From the NCBI GenBank assembly GCA_002787695.1, contig PCXL01000011.1, positions 61,155-125,154 of the forward strand: DNA of 64,000 nucleotides. Direction: 5' to 3'. The DNA is from Candidatus Zambryskibacteria bacterium CG10_big_fil_rev_8_21_14_0_10_42_12. GTDB lineage: Bacteria > Patescibacteriota > Minisyncoccia > Phycocordibacterales > 1-14-0-10-42-12. Position numbers and translations under genes: made by a program. Below, in pieces: positions 62,176 to 64,000 of the stretch (within the stretch, counting starts at the first letter, position 1; every line of letters begins with the position of its first letter). The notes beneath the pieces are model-generated. The model was given only the letters and a program-made list of their open reading frames with translations, had not been told where the DNA came from and made no database searches.

Positions 62176-63315
62176 TTGTTATCCATGTCTTACTATATGG
62201 GATTTTGGGAAAAACTGAAAAAACCGATTTATGCATTGGCGCCGATGGCGGATGTTACTGATGCAGCTTTCAGGCAACTCATCGCACGAAAAAGTAAATT
62301 TGATAAAAAAGGCGGTAATACAGGTGCGGAGTATGTCTCATGGACAGAATTTGTTTCAGCAGACGGTCTTGCACTTGCTCCCGAAGAAGGGAGACAGAAA
62401 CTGATGAAAGCGTTACTGTATTCCGAGATTGAACGGCCCATTGTCGCACAATTTTTTGGAAGCAATCCGGATCATATGGAAGCAGCGGCACGCCTTGCGT
62501 TAGAGCTCGGTTTTGATGGAGTAGATATCAATATGGGTTGCCCAGATCGCTCTATTGAGAAACAAGGTGCAGGTGCTGCGATGATAAAAACTCCTGAGGT
62601 GGCACGTGAGATTATTCGTGCTGTAAAACGAGGTGCCCGCCTGCCATCGTCTACGACTTCAGTCAATGGCGGGCAGGCTACACAGGGAGACAAACAAATC
62701 CCTGTTTCTGTAAAAACGCGTCTTGGGTACAACAAAGATGAACTCGATACATGGCTTCTTGTACTTCTGGAAGAAAAGCCGGCAGCTGTAACAATTCATG
62801 CGAGAACAAGAAAGGAGATGTCTAAAGTTCCTGCACACTGGAACAGGATTAAAGATGCGGTAGATATCAGAAACGAGATGGGAAGTAAAACTTTGATTAT
62901 TGGTAATGGAGATTTGGGGACACTTAGTGATGGGGATCAGAAAATACAAGAGACTGGTGCAGATGGGGTCATGTTTGGTCGTGGAGTTTTTGGTAATCCA
63001 TGGTTTTTTAATAAAGAATTAGTTTCAGATGATGAAGTTGCTTTACCAGTTCGTGGTCAGACAGAAGGAGATAAGGTGCGATACAGTAATACTAAAATTT
63101 CCCAGGAAGACAGATTGAAAACTTTGTTAGAACATGCAGAATTGTTTGATGAATTTTTGGGAGACACTAAAAGTTTTGCTGTCATGAAAAAACATGTGAA
63201 GGCATATATCTCCGGTTTCCTCGGCGCAAAGGAAATCCGTGATCAACTTATGCAGACAAAAGATCTTCAAGAATTTCGCAACTCTCTTAAAATTTATAAA
63301 CTTGCTACCGACTGA
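62176..63315 (+). CDS. dus: tRNA-dihydrouridine synthase with an in-frame insert of about 20 aa encoded by a GC-rich hairpin repeat element
   Basis: ALAPMADVTDAAFR, GVDINMGCP, IPVSVKTRLGY. The insert RGARLPSSTTSVNGGQATQGDKQ corresponds to the 42-bp element at 62636-62677. Confidence 0.85.
   Translation: MLSMSYYMGFWEKLKKPIYALAPMADVTDAAFRQLIARKSKFDKKGGNTGAEYVSWTEFVSADGLALAPEEGRQKLMKALLYSEIERPIVAQFFGSNPDHMEAAARLALELGFDGVDINMGCPDRSIEKQGAGAAMIKTPEVAREIIRAVKRGARLPSSTTSVNGGQATQGDKQIPVSVKTRLGYNKDELDTWLLVLLEEKPAAVTIHARTRKEMSKVPAHWNRIKDAVDIRNEMGSKTLIIGNGDLGTLSDGDQKIQETGADGVMFGRGVFGNPWFFNKELVSDDEVALPVRGQTEGDKVRYSNTKISQEDRLKTLLEHAELFDEFLGDTKSFAVMKKHVKAYISGFLGAKEIRDQLMQTKDLQEFRNSLKIYKLATD
62636..62677. 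repeat. 42-bp GC-rich hairpin element (arms CCCGCCTGCCA ... GCGGGCAGG), copy B, in-frame within dus; copy A at 1108-1149
   Basis: Copies A and B have identical length and identical arms in the same orientation. The central 14-bp core (CTGAAGTCGTAGAC against GTCTACGACTTCAG) is inverted between them. Confidence 0.6.
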
Positions 63316-63490
63316 TATTGCTAATAAATTTAGTATTGGCTATGATAAGGAGAGTATCAAACTGTTTGCGAGAATTGTCTCGCAACACTCTGCTCTTTAC
63401 TCTACCTTGTAGAGTGTACCCTCGATATCAACCCCACGCCGTCCATCCTCAGGTGGACGGCGTAACCCTTTTTTGCGAAAATAGACAGAC

Positions 63491-64000
63491 ATGCAGGAAA
63501 CAGATGGTTCTAAAAAATTTTCTACCATATTGCTCGCCCTTATCCTTATGGTTGGATCCTACTCAGTGGGATATTCTCGTGGACACACGAGTGGCGAAAT
63601 AGAAGGTTCTACGCAACATATTTTAAACAGAGACCCAGAGGCTCTTTCCGTTGACTTTGCGCCATTTTGGAAGGCGTGGGGGATTCTTGAAGAGAAATAT
63701 GTATCGACCTCAACCACTACTACTGAGGTGACGGATCAGCAAAAAATCTGGGGTTCTATTGCAGGCCTTGCATCATCGCTCGGAGATCCATATACCGTCT
63801 TCTTCCCACCTCAAGAAGCAAAGACATTTGCAGAAGATATTAGCGGCAATTTTCAGGGTGTAGGCATGGAAATGACCGTGCGCGACGGTGTGTTGACTGT
63901 CATTGCGCCCCTCAAGGGTATGCCTGCTGATAGGGCTGGAATCATGGCGGGTGATAAAGTGATCGGTATTGATGGAGAATCAACTGGCAATATGACAATC
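63491..64000 (+). CDS. C-terminal processing peptidase (S41 family), N-terminal part; continues beyond the window
   Basis: Signal/TM KFSTILLALILMVG, then IWGSIAGLASSLGDPYTVFF...GNFQGVGMEM (S41 N-domain), and a PDZ start GIMAGDKVIGIDGEST. No stop before the window end. Confidence 0.7.
   Translation, partial: MQETDGSKKFSTILLALILMVGSYSVGYSRGHTSGEIEGSTQHILNRDPEALSVDFAPFWKAWGILEEKYVSTSTTTTEVTDQQKIWGSIAGLASSLGDPYTVFFPPQEAKTFAEDISGNFQGVGMEMTVRDGVLTVIAPLKGMPADRAGIMAGDKVIGIDGESTGNMTI

Noticed and set aside
63318-63602. ORF 63318-63602 (94 aa)
   Set aside because: It overlaps in another frame the start of a well-supported S41 peptidase gene (63491 onwards) whose translation carries family motifs. It is likely spurious.
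1-64000. CRISPR arrays or cas genes
   Set aside because: No regularly spaced short direct repeats were seen. The repeated elements found are inverted repeats or tRNA-end duplications with irregular spacing.

Overview
This 64-kb window comes from a small-genome bacterium with about 40-45% GC. Short IF-2 and RelA/SpoT, a DUF4446 protein and many tiny membrane proteins are consistent with a Patescibacteria/CPR-like lineage; this is inference. The backbone is housekeeping: partial tsaD, trxB, the ftsA-(small ORF)-ftsZ cluster, ybeY, rpsU, a divergent hisS-like gene, lepB, pth, rpsA, gyrA, infB, rbfA, clpB, rpmG, miaA, parB, relA/spoT, topA, dprA, serS, a FtsQ-like gene, dus and a partial S41 peptidase. 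Eleven tRNA genes are present: Val, Ser, Glu, Leu-TAA, Lys, Leu-TAG, Cys, Tyr, Trp, Leu-CAA and one more type-II pseudo-copy. Interspersed are several blocks of clearly different composition or accessory character:
- an AT-rich restriction-modification island with two beta-class DNA methyltransferases and a putative endonuclease, flanked by a PD-(D/E)XK nuclease-like gene, a truncated P-loop kinase pseudogene and a GC-rich HTH/Zn-ribbon ORF;
- an operon of secreted repeat/DUF11 surface proteins;
- a tandem array of six small 2-TM pilin-like (TrbC/VirB2-like) proteins next to a GC-rich island encoding a polytopic membrane protein with a lytic-transglycosylase domain and two coiled-coil membrane proteins;
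- two AT-rich double-motif LAGLIDADG homing-endonuclease genes whose 3' ends run into type-II tRNA genes.
The most unusual and systematic signal is that at least five tRNA genes (Glu, Leu-TAA, Leu-TAG, Ser, Leu-CAA) are followed within 30-210 bp by a direct repeat or partial copy of their own 3' end, enclosing short hairpin-rich segments; tRNA-Val is followed by a degenerate Val-like copy flanked by a 17-bp direct repeat.
Further signals are a 42-bp GC-rich hairpin element present intergenically and in-frame inside dus with its loop core inverted, conserved long-stem leader elements abutting the ftsA and rpsU start codons, a 183-bp nested-inverted-repeat element before pth, and a membrane-anchored Clp-like ATPase with a degenerate first ATPase domain.
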